Source of the DNA: Laetmonice hystrix
Lineage: Eukaryota
Assembly (NCBI GenBank): GCA_965235115.1
Contig: OZ249440.1
Coordinates: 18,042,001-18,106,000 of the forward strand
Reading direction: 5' to 3'
Length of the DNA stretch: 64,000 nucleotides
Shown here: in pieces, positions 1 through 14,529 of the stretch
Layout of the letters: every line of letters starts with the position of its first letter
Position numbering within the stretch: the first letter of the stretch is position 1
The notes under the pieces: generated by a model
What the model was told of the DNA's origin: nothing
What the model saw: the letters and a program-made list of their open reading frames with translations, nothing else
Databases searched by the model: none
Position numbers and translations under genes: made by a program

Positions 1-1336
1 CTTGTTATTCCTTACTCCAACCTAGCCCTAAGCTTTACCGTAAATCGTAGAGGCGGACTTCAATTTCAAAGGCAGCCAGTTTGAACGTCTCAGACCTACC
101 CACGTCCACCAGAGACCGCCCATTCCACTCCCAACTAACACAGACCGTCCCAGCGACTCCCAGGACGGTAGACATGGTCCCGTAATGACCTCCCCATGGA
201 CCTTCATCACTGATGTATGTAAGTCGGTGGTACGCAAGGCTGACCGTACCACTCATGGTTTTCAATGAGTACGCTCGGTGCCTCGTTCTACCACCATATC
301 GAATCTATCCACTCAAGCCAGCGTTGTTTGTCCACTAATGGGATGGACACCCTTCAGTCGAGTGGCGATCCTTGACCGCAGATATTGCCCGTTCTCACCC
401 CATTGTGTCTGGGCTCCCGACCGGTGGTCATAGCTCACTGTGACATATCCTCTCATTACTCGGCCATTACGGTGGCTGACATTGACCCTATCTCTCCAGT
501 ACTGATCCAAACTGTCCGCCGGGCCGACCAGATTGATGAGTTCCCCAAACACAAGCTGCCTGTGTCCATACCCACTCTGTCTGTCGCCAGTCCTTGTCCT
601 GACTCACACAATACTACCATCTGGACGGTTATCTGTCAGGATCACAAACACGCTTAGCTCGGTGGTAACTGATAAACAGGCCACCTGTGAGAATACTTAA
701 TGAATTCACGCCTCCCTATACCCGCTAACCTTTATCTACCCAGTAACAAATCCACTTGGTCCCAAACGTCCCGTCCCCAGCCTTCCCACTAAGTGTTGTT
801 CATTGTGGGAGAAATTAATGGCTTTTAACTAGAGTCATCATTGAGAGCACCCGTGAAAGGCTGACACCAGGAAATTGGCACTTGAATCTTCTGACAATTA
901 CATAAACCCATCCCAAATCTACGTCTTTCTATTAAAACTCGGGACTGGTGAATTCAATTGAAGGATAGTGAGCAGATATAAAATTGTTATTTCTGCTGCT
1001 ATCAGAAACGTAATTGTTTTGTGGGTGCGGATTTTCTGCCTGTTAGATTAATGCTGAAAGCTGTCCAACTAAAGGGTTAATGTGTTCTGTGGTTGCTTCT
1101 TGTCCATTTATCATTACAGGTCGTGACAGCGTTTCACAACTTTTGAATGTCTCCCAAACATTTAACCACAAAAATGTCCACGATTAGATATCTTTCGCGA
1201 TGTCTCTCCGCAACCGTTGCCTCCTCGTGTGTGTCCTGCCATTATAACGCCTCATTTACCGCCTCATTCTGAAACCAATCCGAGTATGAACAAAGGTGGT
1301 CATGATTTGAGGTTGGGTGTGGTGGAACGGGCAGCG

Positions 1337-1560
1337 GCTGTCAATGGCGTGGGTTTAGACAGGCTGTCAATGGCGTGGGTTTCGACAGGCTGTCAATGGT
1401 GTGAGGTTCGACAGGCTGTCAATGGCGTGGGTTTAGACAGGCTGTCAATGGCGTGGGTTTCGACAGGCTGTCAATGGTGTGAGGTTCGACAGGCTGTCAA
1501 TGGCGTGGGTTTCGACAGGCTGTCAATGGTGTCAGGTTCGACAGGCTGTCAATGGCGTGG
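1337..1560. repeat. 26-bp minisatellite, ~9 copies, higher-order ABC-ABC-BC pattern
   Basis: GCTGTCAATGG recurs every 26 bp from 1337 to 1545. Three variants (..GGGTTTAGACAG, ..GGGTTTCGACAG, ..TGTGAGGTTCGACAG) alternate. Unit junctions form GACAG-G-CTGTC. Confidence 0.95.
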
Positions 1561-4500
1561 CCAGGCAGGGTTGAGAATAATATATCCATTACGCGGTTAT
1601 ACAGAGACCATAACCGTCGTATCTGAGTTCTTTAGGACTGTTCCATGGGCCACAATGTGGTCCAGCCTTTGTCACTCTGCTAGGGCTGCGAAAGAACCCG
1701 TCAATACGATTTGGTACACTTGAGAAAACATAAATGAGTGGCCATCTAGATAAATAATTGCGCGTCCTTAATTAAAACTCTTACTGCTCCATGGGGTAAC
1801 GGGTGATCTGGGAGAGCGATCAATAATTGAGAGAGGTCAGTGAGGGCATCCAACCCCTGTAACCTGTCGTGTACTCAGTGACCTCTGAACCTCAGTTCTC
1901 TACCTTAGGTACTAACGCTGACAGTGACCATCATCACACCTTTGATCTCTGACCTCTGACCCCTGACCTCTGACCTGTCCCCCTGTACGGCGAGGAGTAC
2001 GGGTTGATCCACAACTCACCGTACCGCCATAATTTGTAACCGTTTGTTAGTCTGTCTCTATAAATCACTAACAGCCCACTAACCACCTGTGGGGGAGGCC
2101 AAGCAATAGCACTACTTGGTGGACAATTTGGATCAAAGCTGTGTTTGTTTCTGCATCACTTGATGACAAAATGACAATAATTAATAGGCTAAAGTATTTT
2201 ACTTTGAATAGAGGGATGACCTCGGGAAAACCATCAACTAAACGAGATGACAATGCGGCATCAAACACAAGATTATATATATTGGACTTTTGTCCAATTC
2301 TCTCACTTGCCCTGATGAATCGAACCTTTTGACAGAAACTTCAGACTGAACCAAAATTATCACAGGTCAAAAAGTCAGCAAAGTGCATGTGAAATGCTTC
2401 CAGAGAGACGATGAATGGCTCGCCTGAGTCCAGCCTATCAATCACCCCACTGTGGGTGCGTGCGTGGGTGTGTGCGTGGGTGTGGGTGCGTGTGTCAGAT
2501 AGGGATGGTGCGTGTCTCAGCGCGGACGGTGGCTGTCCATATAGGAATCGTTTAACCCTGCATTTACCAGATGGGACTGATTTACTTCCATCTTTGCCAT
2601 CTCTAATTAAGCTCCAATCAAATCAGTACCTGATAAATCCTCCAATACCAACATATGATAGAAAAGCTTTTGATATACAACTCTAGAAATCTGAAATAAT
2701 ACAGTTTGACCTCCAACTGTGATAGAATATCTGACTTGTTTCTAATCCAGTTTAACTCTCCGTCTCCCCTAGATATCTGCCTCACGTCCCAGGAGCTCGG
2801 ACCATGGGCTCGGTGGCTTCAGTGGCGCCCCCTTGTGAGCCTGACTGACATCATTCTCTCATCGCAACCTTTCTACATGCAGAGTTTACTCCAGTCTTCT
2901 CCGAATAATGGTAAACCTCTGACGGTACTAAATGTTTGACGGAGTGCTGCATGGGATGACAATTGAGGAATGATAAGGAAGTGATCATATTAACCGCCGG
3001 TTGATCAGTTATGTTTTCCCCCCATATTATATTTACCATGATCATAGAACATTGATGTCTACTTGGCCACCTCAACACCTCCAAGGACACCCATGTCATG
3101 CCTATCACTGCAAACACCACAATCATCGCTTCAAATTCACCTCTACAACGTTAAGCAATCTGGTCAGTGTACGATCAACGTTAGCATGCAATCTGGACAC
3201 CTCAATGTCACCTCAATGTCACCTCAATGTCACATCAAACAGAAAGGGGATATCAAGGCAGGGTTTTTGTGCGGAGTGTGTGAAGGGTTGGGGATCAGGG
3301 CATGACCTAACCCCGGGGTCGGCACAGAAAATATCGACTTACCCCAAAGGTAGCCACACTCTGTGAGTTTCCTTCCTGTTGTAAACCAGACACATCCATA
3401 AGTGAGTACTTGTTCCTGCCTAAACAATTCATCATGATCGTTGTTATTTCCTCCCACTCCTAGACACTACAGCCGGCTTCCACTGTGAGTCGTCTACAGG
3501 TTAACACTGGTATAAATCCCGGACACGAGCCTACTGCCCTCCACTATAGACACAATATGTTGTCTGATATTATCACACCTACCGGTATATGTAGTAACGT
3601 TCCCAGCAGAATTCCCGCGCTATTTTAACAGCTAACAACATGTTTATATACAGTACATATATTTCCGTCGCAATGACGAAGCATTTTGTTTCTATCTCAC
3701 GGATGAATTTTGTTAAGTAAAATGGCGTATTGTTCTCCAGTATTTGATCAACTTGATTGAACCTTTTTATCATATCTGTCATCATTTTGTGCGGAATGAT
3801 CGAAAATAATGCTACAACAAAGATTAAATGTCTGTTCCAAATGCGAGCTAGTCTGGATCTATGACAATGTATGAGACTATATCCTGTAATACTTGGATCT
3901 TTTGTTACGTGGCCAATCTTAGATAAACCCGTTAGCGTGGACCCGGCACGGGGGGTGCCAACCCAGCAAACAGTCTGACAATGGGTCGGGGGAGGATCGG
4001 GCGGGGGTCAGGCTGTGGACTTCCGTTGTAAAACGTGATCTCTCGGCCGGTAACCGCCAAGCAAACACCGGGCTTCTCTACCGACACCAGTAATCGCAGG
4101 GTTAGGGGGGATCTTCCCTCTCACACGTATTAACGAGCAAACCTTTTACCCTGCTACAACCCTCCACCCCCACCAACACCCTTCAATCTCTACCATCCTA
4201 TTTGAGCAGTATACATGTATTCAGTCTGCACACACTGTTATACAGATAACACACCTGAAGATAGTCCATAATTTATATAACACGTACTACACTGTTTCTT
4301 TGAGGACAAAGTTTGTTTTTCTCACAATTTCGCGTCTCCAACTGGCTGATAGGAAAGACCTGGCAGGAAATCACCCGGCAGGTAACTTGATAAATGTTAG
4401 TGAACCAATTATCACCTTGGAAATACTTCTAGTCATTATCCAAGTGTGTGATACTACCCGGGTTGTGGTACTACCAACACACCGGTAGCTTCAACACACC

Positions 4501-7500
4501 CGTCATTACTCTCTACGGACAATTAATCACTGCAAATTAATTAACACACCTGTTTCCCAGCCAATCATTATCTCCTGCCCTACACCTACAATTACGGTCC
4601 GTTCTACCCCTGAGTCCCGGTCCGTGGAACCGGCCACTCCCCCCTCCCTGCGGCGACCGAGGGCCACTGACAATGGGAGACCAAATTGAATCTATCCAAC
4701 CATAAAAACGTCAACTCTGTGGTGTGTGTGTGTATCCAACTCATAGCAACAGGTAATTCTATACCGGATAGGATGTCCGAATGTAATCAACGAGGTGAAT
4801 ACGTTCTAGCGACAACGGTCAGCATTTTGTAGGATTGGACCATACTTTACTGTGTGTACTGAGTGATTCTGACGACGGCAGCAGAACGCATCTCAACATT
4901 AACCTTCCGGACACTCTGTACAAATCAGGGTTTCTTATCAAAGATTCTTGGGAAATGTGGAGCTCTTTACTTTCTTCTACTTTATTCCCCTTAAATTCAA
5001 TCTCAGGTTGGGACATATCACTCGTTAAGTCCGTTACCGAGTCCCACCCACGTTTGTCAGTAAGTTACCCAGCTCTCGGTGAATACTGCCAACCATGACA
5101 TGTAATAAACATAGCTGATCGACCTGCCGGTCCATAGGTACACTCGAGTCGGACTGAGTGTCTATGGCGGTCTCTCTGAATGCATTTATAATAACCATCT
5201 GCCCATTTAGTGCTAATTAAACATTACAGTGTAATTGCCCTTCAATCAGAACAACTAGTTGCCAAGTACCATCATGTGGCGTCATTTTTACCTTGATGTA
5301 CAGACAGGTCAAGATCGGATGCCAAGAGTTCAAGGTCACCATGGTTAAACACATTATGTTCCACTTACAGGAAGGTCAGGGTGAATTATTGATCTTATAT
5401 CAATGTTTATGCCGGTTTGCACTTAATGAAAATAATGCGTATATCCGTTCTGATATCATTATCATAGACACGCACGGAAACTTTCCACAACGCTCTGGGT
5501 GGATACACGATGCCAGTATTGCGTTTTCTGCCCATTAAACCGTAAAGTCATCACTTGTTGACCCTTAGGCATCCCTTCTTGACACACAAATCAAGGTTTG
5601 TTAACCTGAAGTGTTTGGAAATCCATAGGAACCATTTACAAGTTATAACATCAAAGCTCAGCTGTATCCGCTAACTCAAGCCTTATCAATTCGTCACTAT
5701 ATGCTAAGAGCCTTGGTACACAATCGACTGGCCGGAACGATTGGTGGCTCTCTTAGGGGTTCCATGTTAATATCTGACCTTCTTTTACCGGGGCATGGGG
5801 GGGGGGGGGGTACCGTTAGACCACACAACGACCACAAAACAGTAAAACACCGTGTTGAGGTACCTTGTGGTTAGTTCTCCTCCCCATCACCAGAGGGCTC
5901 TCAGGGTTGGGCCTCCCCACATATTCGCAGTGACTGTTGTCGGTGTGACCAACTGGTAAAGAACTCGTTGGTGAGGCCAAGTGGGGGCAGCTGGGCCGAC
6001 ATTGTATACAAGGAGTTTTAGGGTAATACTTAATGTGCACCTACTCCAACACACGGCCATTCGTGATGGGTTAAGTGAAGCATGGCCACACCTGGTTCGG
6101 TGCGTATCATGCCAATCCCATCATTTGAAGTACGCCGCCAACCTTGCATTAATTATGTCACTTCTATGTGAATCTGAATGTACTGTAACACTTGGCAGCA
6201 CATGGGCACAAACTAAATGTTACCTGTTGTGATTCAATATGCTTGAAAAAATGAACATATACTTTATGGTCTATTCGTGCAATAATAAATGTTAAACATC
6301 TCTTCAGTCAATATTTTAGCTGTGAACCTACCCACTCGGCGGACCACGATTACCGAGTAGGATTTCCTCGTAATCTCATTATTGCTGGCCCCAGCCCAGA
6401 ACAGCGATCGTTGACGGAAGAGCTGGAAGCAGTAGACCGACCGAGTGCCAAGAAAACCCTTATTATCACCCTTCTAAACCAATCCCTCCATCTCTTCCTC
6501 CTCGACAACTCCATCAAAGATTGACGACCTGTGGGGCGGGGTTGGAGGGGGCCTGGCCAGAGCCGGGCAGGGACCAGTGGTCAGATACAATGACCTGTTG
6601 TTCTAACATGGTCATGGCTGGCTTCCTTATAATCCAGGGGTCCTCTGGGCAGCAGGAACTGTGTCAACAATCGATAAGGCTGAGCGCCAACGTTATATCG
6701 GTCAGTTTGTGCTGCAGTATTAACCTTGATAAAGGATTAAGTCACTCATCAACGACCCCTATCTGACCTATTTAATTAATACACAGATGAGGGGATTATT
6801 ATCTAATGTGTGAAGTCGATCAAGACGTTATCAATGTGAACATGTTCAATGACAGCGCTGATACTGGACAGGATAACGGAGAGGGTAAAACCAGACAACA
6901 TGGTGTCCAGATTATACCAACATGGTGTCCAGATCTATAGGTCATGAATAATGGCATTATTCATGTACAGAAAAAACAAAGGAAAGAACATACACAATCT
7001 GTAAGGTAACATTTGCTACGCTTTGATACTTGATACGTTAGACCAACGATCTCCAGTATAAAATACTCGTTGGTTAGAATCGGTGATGACGGTAGCTGAA
7101 ATCATGTGACCCCTATTTTCAGACCCCTCCAAACAAATATTGCACACAAACAGGTTACCGTGACCATAGTGTGACCGGTACTTAACACAGAAAGGGTTGC
7201 CAATGATTGGTCTCTAATCATACCTCTGACGGTCCATCACACTAATGAAGGGTCCTCCGTACCCATTGAGGACCACCCAGACAGCGCCCCCTGGTATGTA
7301 CTAACACAACTACTGCCCCCTGCTGCCCCAGGCGGCACACATGTTGGCCGAGTTACAGAAACAGCCTGCTACTTTTAAAATAAAATGTACATTAATTCAA
7401 CTCCAGGACACCTTGCTGGGTGAAAGATACTTGATTTAATGTTTCATTAAATGTATTAACTATTTACAGATGACCTTTGACTGCCAAACATTGGCCAACT

Positions 7501-8928
7501 ATCACACTCTCAATCATTATAATAATTTGTTCAGACTTACGCATTCAGAAAGATCAGTCATCAGGACTGGCCAAGGTAAACAACCCACCTGGAAAACAAT
7601 AGACGAACATTAGCATAAATATCGTAAAACCAAAATATGTAACAAGTATGGAAAATGACTCATGACTATTTGCAGTCTAACATATAACCATAATGGTTTC
7701 CATGGCAACCGCTCTATATATCCAAAACAATCCTCAAGAAAAATACAAGTATAGTGAGTTGTACATCATTTAGATCACTGATATTTAAACGTTAGCATAA
7801 ACATAAACGTTTCATGACCCATGTGAACCACCTTATAATGAACTCCGAGTGGCCAGCATCATGTCAACTCCAGCATGCGTATTGTAGCATGTCAATGGTA
7901 GCATGTGAAGCAGGGTGAGTTGAGGTCAGATATCAACTCCTGCCCTTGCTGGCAGTGGTTGGCTGGCCCAGGGCGGGAGGTTGTTACCTGAACAAGGTTA
8001 CCTGCGTGTTATCACACGATCCTTGTCACACCTGAACCTTCCACTAGTTTATCGTGGACTCATGTTATTCACATCAATACCCCTGTACCCCACGTCTGGG
8101 TAAGGGGGTGCACCCCTGGAACCCCTGTCTCAATCTACTCGGGCTGGGGGTGGGGTGGGAGTGGGGACTTGGATCCTAGCATACTCTAGTCCATGTAAAC
8201 TCTCCTCAAACCTGAGTCAGACTTGTGTCTAGCAGATATGACGAAACGACTGTAATGCACACAAACATCTTACAGCGGGTTTACCTTACTTTTATATATT
8301 ACTTTTCCTACAGCACCAACGTGCACAGCAAGCGGCATGAATACACGATTACAAAAACCGTCAACATGTGGTCGTTTGTTGGTAAGTCTGATGACATAAT
8401 TTGGCATCTGGTAACTCCACATGGTTACACCCAAGGGGCATTCTGACTGCAGCCAGCGAGGATGGTGGGGGGGGGGGGAGGTAGAGAATGATCATGATCA
8501 TGAAGTAACTCTGCGAACAGTGAATAATAAACGCACACCCATCTGTTTAATGATACTGATCCAAACCACCATAGTCATTTAAATCACCATTACGTCTTCG
8601 TATATTTCACTAATGACACCTGAACATCCGAGGTGACAATTAAATTACAGCTCCGCCGCCAGAGGGTGTTGGCCGGGTGCTCGCTTAATGGATATAACAT
8701 CAGGGACCGTAATTAGCTACTGTGATTAATTATGAATTTAAGTGAGGTATCATGGCAATGAACCGACAACTGGGGCTGCATTCGGACAAAACTATCAAAA
8801 CTAGTGGAGTCCCTGAATCAGGGAGTCAGTTCTGAGTTCATCATGTTCAAAACACAACAAAACGCCGAGTAATGAGACAATAGGTTTTTCTTGTTATCAA
8901 TATATGAAATCACAATAACAGTACTATA

Positions 8929-9157
8929 CAGTATGTCCCCCAAAAAATGATAGTCTGTGTTCCATTGTCAAAAAAGAGATACTGGTTGTGATCAGCAATG
9001 CGTGACCCTGTCAACACCAAACTTGCTGAGAGTTATCTAGGGGGATCAAACTTTATGTTCAACTTCAACTTCAAAATTCAAAATTCGACAATCCTCCAAA
9101 ATATTTAAGTGTATTGCACACCTAAAGTTAGACTATCATTTTTTGGGGGACATACTG
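8929..9157. mobile_element. Tc1/mariner-type MITE (229 bp, 28-bp perfect TIRs, TA target-site duplication)
   Basis: Left end CAGTATGTCCCCCAAAAAATGATAGTCT (8929-8956) is the exact reverse complement of AGACTATCATTTTTTGGGGGACATACTG (9130-9157). TA flanks both ends, the terminus is CAGT, and there is no internal ORF. Confidence 0.9.
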
Positions 9158-10044
9158 TATACTACAAGGAACCAAGAATGTTACAAGACTGACTTTCACT
9201 TTATGGTCTAACACGTGAATCACTGAATGTGTAGGTGTGCGGGGTTATAAATTAGGGTTTATTTAGCCTGGGGTGACGAGTAACCTTACGTGACATTAAT
9301 TATTCTCCATGGTCTCAGTGCAATGGTACGTCACAGCGGGAGAGAGAACCAAGAAGGTGTTGGGGTGTTGGCAGAGGGTCGTACCCCTAACACCTGCTCC
9401 TTGACCCCCTCCCTCCCCGTTTCACCTGTCTGTACCACCCTAACGCCACCCTGCACCCTGCCAACCCCTCTAACCCACCCCCACCTCACCCAGGGGGTTC
9501 TGCCAGTCCTTGCCATGGTCATCTCACGGTCGTGGTTCAGGCTTGATCGGGGCTACGTAATACAAGCAATTATCACAGCGGCCGGTACCAGGCCGGGCAT
9601 TCAGGGATCCTCCCCGTGTCCACGGGTCCCAGTCTGTCACTACTGCCAACTCTGGTGGCACCCAAATAAAGGACTTACAGGAACTGAAACAGGTAATGAG
9701 CCTGGTCGGTGCCGAGCAATCTCTTACCATGACTCTCCTCAACCTTCCGACCGCTAGGTCTGTGAGTCGCTCTTTAGAGTTTCCTATCGCTTGCTGCGAA
9801 GATACAATATAACATGACTTTTACATATTAATATTTCTTAGTTTGCACAAATCACGACCATACCATGAGACCGAGGGTCCGAGGTCTCAATAAATCATTT
9901 CCCGCCGCCTGCTCGCTGCCAATACCGGCCTGGCTGGCAGCCACCAGGATGAGCAATCCAACAGCTTGCTACCGTTACGTATACAGACCGGTGACAATCA
10001 GACAACCTTTGATGGTAATGTCTTGGAGACGGTATCCAGAATCA

Positions 10045-10086
10045 GCGGGTACATGGCGGGTACATGGCGGGTACATGGCGGGTACA
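10045..10086. repeat. 11-bp tandem repeat (GCGGGTACATG) x ~3.8
   Basis: Read directly from the sequence. Confidence 0.9.
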
Positions 10087-13000
10087 CTGGCCAGATTTAC
10101 CGGCCAGACACTGACAGCATCTGCCTACCCGGCGCCAGGATGGCGGGATAACGCCATACACCGGCCAGACCTCGTCCATCCCATAATAACAAAGTTCAGG
10201 GCAGCACACGGCCGCTGATTCTTCCACTCAGTACAATGAGATACAAGCAGATGGCACTAATGGACTAGATGACCTAACTTTATCAACTTATATACGGGTT
10301 CAGGGACTGATTTTGTACAATACAAAGATGTCCTTTAAATAGAATTATCCTTCACTATGCAGAAAACAGCTTATATAAAATACCGTCAGCTAACAAAAAT
10401 TACAAATATGGCTCCGTCAGTCACGATTCTGTCATCGTTTTTTCCTCCCTGCCTTAAACCATACTGTAATTCCCCCTGGCGTGGATTAGAACTGTTGATA
10501 ATGTATGAGAGCAGTTCTAAGTTGGTATGATTACCAGTGGTTGACATCCCTGATTGGCCGTCGGGCTATAATTAACTCATTACATCATAATTAACTTATT
10601 ACATCATTCCCTGAACAACAAGACGTTCTTCCATAGTGTTAGAAACAGAATATGTTCGGGAAGGAGGGAAACTGAGGTGTTTTTTGTTGCCCTGGATTGA
10701 CTAGACAGTCTACGATGTGATACAGCTGACTGGCAGTGGTCAGTGGGGGGTGGTGTGGAGTGTCAAACTGACCACACCCTGTAACCCCCTGGGGGCATGT
10801 CTGACTATTGTTTCTCATTCTGCCATGAATATTGTATACATGTACCACATGATTCTGGTGGGCGACTTAGGACTGGACCTATCGGATATCGTAACCGATA
10901 CGTCAGCACTTCCTGGTGGCTCGTCAGGAAATACGTCACGTCATGCTGTTACATTATGGAGCTGACCTCCGGCAAACACAGACGGCAATACGCAACACTA
11001 TGGATTACGGAAGGGAAAAAGTACATTACAGAAACAAGGTCGGACGTACAATTCAACAGCGATCTGACGGCTGAGAACGATGAACTAAGTTTACCGTTTA
11101 CTACAACCTGCCGACACAGCCGTCCTGTTGACGACGGACCACTCCCCACCAGGACGTGGCGACCAGCCTGCCGTAAGTGACCAATCACTGACCACTGCTC
11201 ACCTGGGAGGATCGGGGAGACTATCCCATATCCGGTCACCAACTCCCATTGTATCCTCCCACAAACTGCCCGCTGGTCAGCATTCCACCTTTGAAGACGG
11301 CCGTGAGAGACGGCCAATCCTATTATTACAAGTATCCCGTGGTCAGTGAGCCCACTCCGACCCCTGGCGCTAGCCCGGCTAGCCATGGGCACCCAGTGAC
11401 CTTCTCCAGACATGATTAGAACACGTCTCAAAGACACACTCACACAACACTCATTACGTGTTCCTTTCACTTTTATTATACGCACATTCCTACACTATTA
11501 CCCAGTGTATTTCTGTCTTTGAACTGAATTGAATTCAGCGTTATTTAGTGTCTAGCTATACCGATTATGTCATAGGTATTCCATCTCTATTTAACCAATG
11601 AAAGGAGGCTTTAAGCCAAGGCGCTCACAGGTGCACTGACACCAAGACTACCCGACAAAAGGCGACACTCCCAAACCTATTCACAAACACTGCCTACCGT
11701 TAATCAAAGGCTGAGATCTGTCAGACAAATGACCATGTGTTCTCGACGCAAACAGCTCAAGATGTCTGACTTGATATGATCTGGGATACGGACTCTCTCC
11801 GAATAGATGCCATGTTACCTGCTGTAACTTGACAAGACTGGTCAAATTAATGACGGCCTCTTCGAGACTCAGTGTGCCAGTGGGATGCTAGGTCCCGGGA
11901 GAGTCTCAGCAGTACATATTGCTTCTGGATTTGTCTGGGTCCCAACAATGACACTTCTCCGGAGGAGGGAAGGGAGGAAGGGGGGGAGAGGATGAAGACG
12001 GGGAAGATATGATGTCACAGGTAAAATGATGTTTCTGCCTGCCTGCTAAGTGCAACAACGACCCAACAAACAAGCAAACAAATAAACAAACAAATAAACA
12101 AATGATGTAATGTCTTTAGAAAAGTACCACATGTCTACCTGACCACTACACCCAATTACTGAAGAATGTGATGAGTGTTTGGATAGGGCATTTGACAGCT
12201 GGTCACACCAGCAGGTCACACGTGTGACAAGCAGTAACTGTAAAACACTAGCAGGTATAGGAGACCTGACACAGCGACTTCCTTTGACGAGTATCAAGAC
12301 CTCTGCCCTCATACAGCCTTCAGTATTCAGACAGCCTACCACTAACCTATTTACCTGCCCGTCGTAATTCAAAATTCTTAAAAAAAGGAACACTATTAGT
12401 CTTACATTGCATTTACAAAGACGACAGAAGGTGTCCAGAGACGTAGCCCTAATGGGCGAAGGTCAACAGTCAACGTGTCCAGCCAAAGCGGGCCCAGATG
12501 GGCGTTCAGATTTACCTGTGGGGTGATGTTTACACAACTTGTGAGTCGGGTTCTCCTATTGACGGCCAACAATAGGTCTGGCGGCCGTCAAACCCAACCC
12601 CAGCCGGGACCTGCTGCGTGCTGGCCGGGTGTGAGAGGTAATCAGGCTCTGGGCCCTGGCTCGGCGCTGGTCAAACTCACTGGTCGTGATGAATGGACAA
12701 TCTGCCGCATCCCTCGTCAACCAAACTAACCAACGGCTCAATCTGACTCATACTGGCCACAGTCAATATCATGGCAACTCCAAACATCTCACACAGCTGG
12801 CGCTCGACCAACTCGGAGACGTGACAGTCAACTCCAAATAATATAGGAAATCTAGGCAAAACCTCCGGGGAATTAGTATGCCGTGGTTAGGCACAAACTG
12901 ACTGTTGGTCGGAACATGCTAGAACTTTCCTTTAGTACATTCTGCTGGTCACATTAATTTATTGGAGATCATGTCGTATACAGTTCACTCTCTGTGTAAT

Positions 13001-14503
13001 AAAAGAGCCTGTTCTATCTATGTCTGAAGTCTACCAGCCCTGGCTGATAATAACGGTGGTATGTTACATAATCACAGTTAATCCATTATGGTGCTATCAC
13101 TGATTGCCTGGACGACCCCTGCTGTGAGGAAATTGGCTCACACATCGTGTAGGTATCAGTTCTCAAAGGTCAACCCTACCTAATCTTGACCACATTACAA
13201 CAGTTAATCTATGTATTATGACAGCACACCCCTATAATGATATGAAAGGTGATGAATATAATCACACGATAATCCTATGATTATCACTACAGAGCCACTT
13301 GTAACCCTGGGACCATTTCGTTCTGTTTGCACCCATGGCAATGAGAACTAGACCCATTATCTTGGTTTCTCCCCTCCACAGAAGTGTCCCTGAAAAAGGT
13401 ATGAAGACGTTTTGCCAATTTCACCAAGGACTACCTAATGGGGCCTTTTACGATCTCTTTCCTGAAAAACTTGCAGAACACCTTAAGATCAATATGATAC
13501 ACTGCACACCTAGCTGTAAATTGCTTTTGGGTCCTTTGCTTACCCACCTAGTTGTATATTCAATTCAAATTCTTGGTCAATATTGACAGTGAGAAAGACC
13601 AACATTTGCTGGGTTAAATATATTACTTTCTGGGCACACCAATGAGGTGCCAAGTGTTCCAGACTTAGCCATCATGTTACCCTGTTTGACTTCTCCCCCA
13701 CTGGTTTAACGTTACTGCCCTACCCGTCCTGTTATATGGACAGTATTGGCATACTCAGTTTACAGCGGGCAGAGAGCAGGTTCTAACAGCCCGCCCCACG
13801 AGACAATACCTCTCACTCTATTCCATCGTGTGTGCCCAGTTTGATTCAATAAAGAACCAGGAGCCCTGCGGACTGTCTGGTTTCCCACTCAGACTTCCAT
13901 CTAATGTAACTTAGTACAACAATATCCGAGAAGATTGGCCGTGGGCCTCACTATCCCGCCATCCATCAACCAGTAATTGACCATAGACCCTGGTCTATAT
14001 CCTAACCCAGGTCGTTCTCTCAACCTGTCTATGATATTATGATCCCAGCTGACAGCCAGGACACCAGCTGACTGAGGATGATCCTCACCACTCCAGTTTG
14101 GTGTCCTCAAAACTCTCCTTTTAGTATCTCACTGATTAGGCCTACATGACGTCATTATAGCAGCACTGTCATCTAACTTGAATTATAATCTATATGATGC
14201 AGTCAATAACCAAAATAGATAACTGCTACTCACCAAAAATACTGCTAAAGATCAGCCCTGTCGAGGATTCTCCTACCTCAGACAGTATTCTTCACCTCCA
14301 TCTAATATACACCTATATATATGTAAATATCAAGCTGCAGAGAGTTACTAATGATGCAGGTCCTCCCAGTGCCACGACTTGCCCCAAGTTGATGACGGGG
14401 AAACCCCCTGACGGCAGCAGCTCCAGACAACTCGTGCTCAGTCTATGTGGGCCACACCTGGGGACCAGTATGACCACCATTCAGGTGTGCCTACCGTCCG
14501 CTC

Positions 14504-14529
14504 GCTGCTGCTGCTGCTGCTGCTGCTGC
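14504..14529. repeat. (CTG)n microsatellite
   Basis: About 8 consecutive CTG/GCT units. Confidence 0.9.

Noticed and set aside
35-657. Several 75-90-aa ORFs at the window start
   Set aside because: No recognisable domain or consistent splice signals. They could be part of something extending beyond the window but are unsupported here.
2312-2352. CTGATGA...GAAAC hammerhead-like core
   Set aside because: Stem II closing pair is A-A, there is no NUH triplet after stem III, and no stem I partner was found.
8141-8166. G-quadruplex-forming runs (also near 11965-12003 and 57106-57133)
   Set aside because: The motif is present but common in such genomes, with no positional evidence of function.
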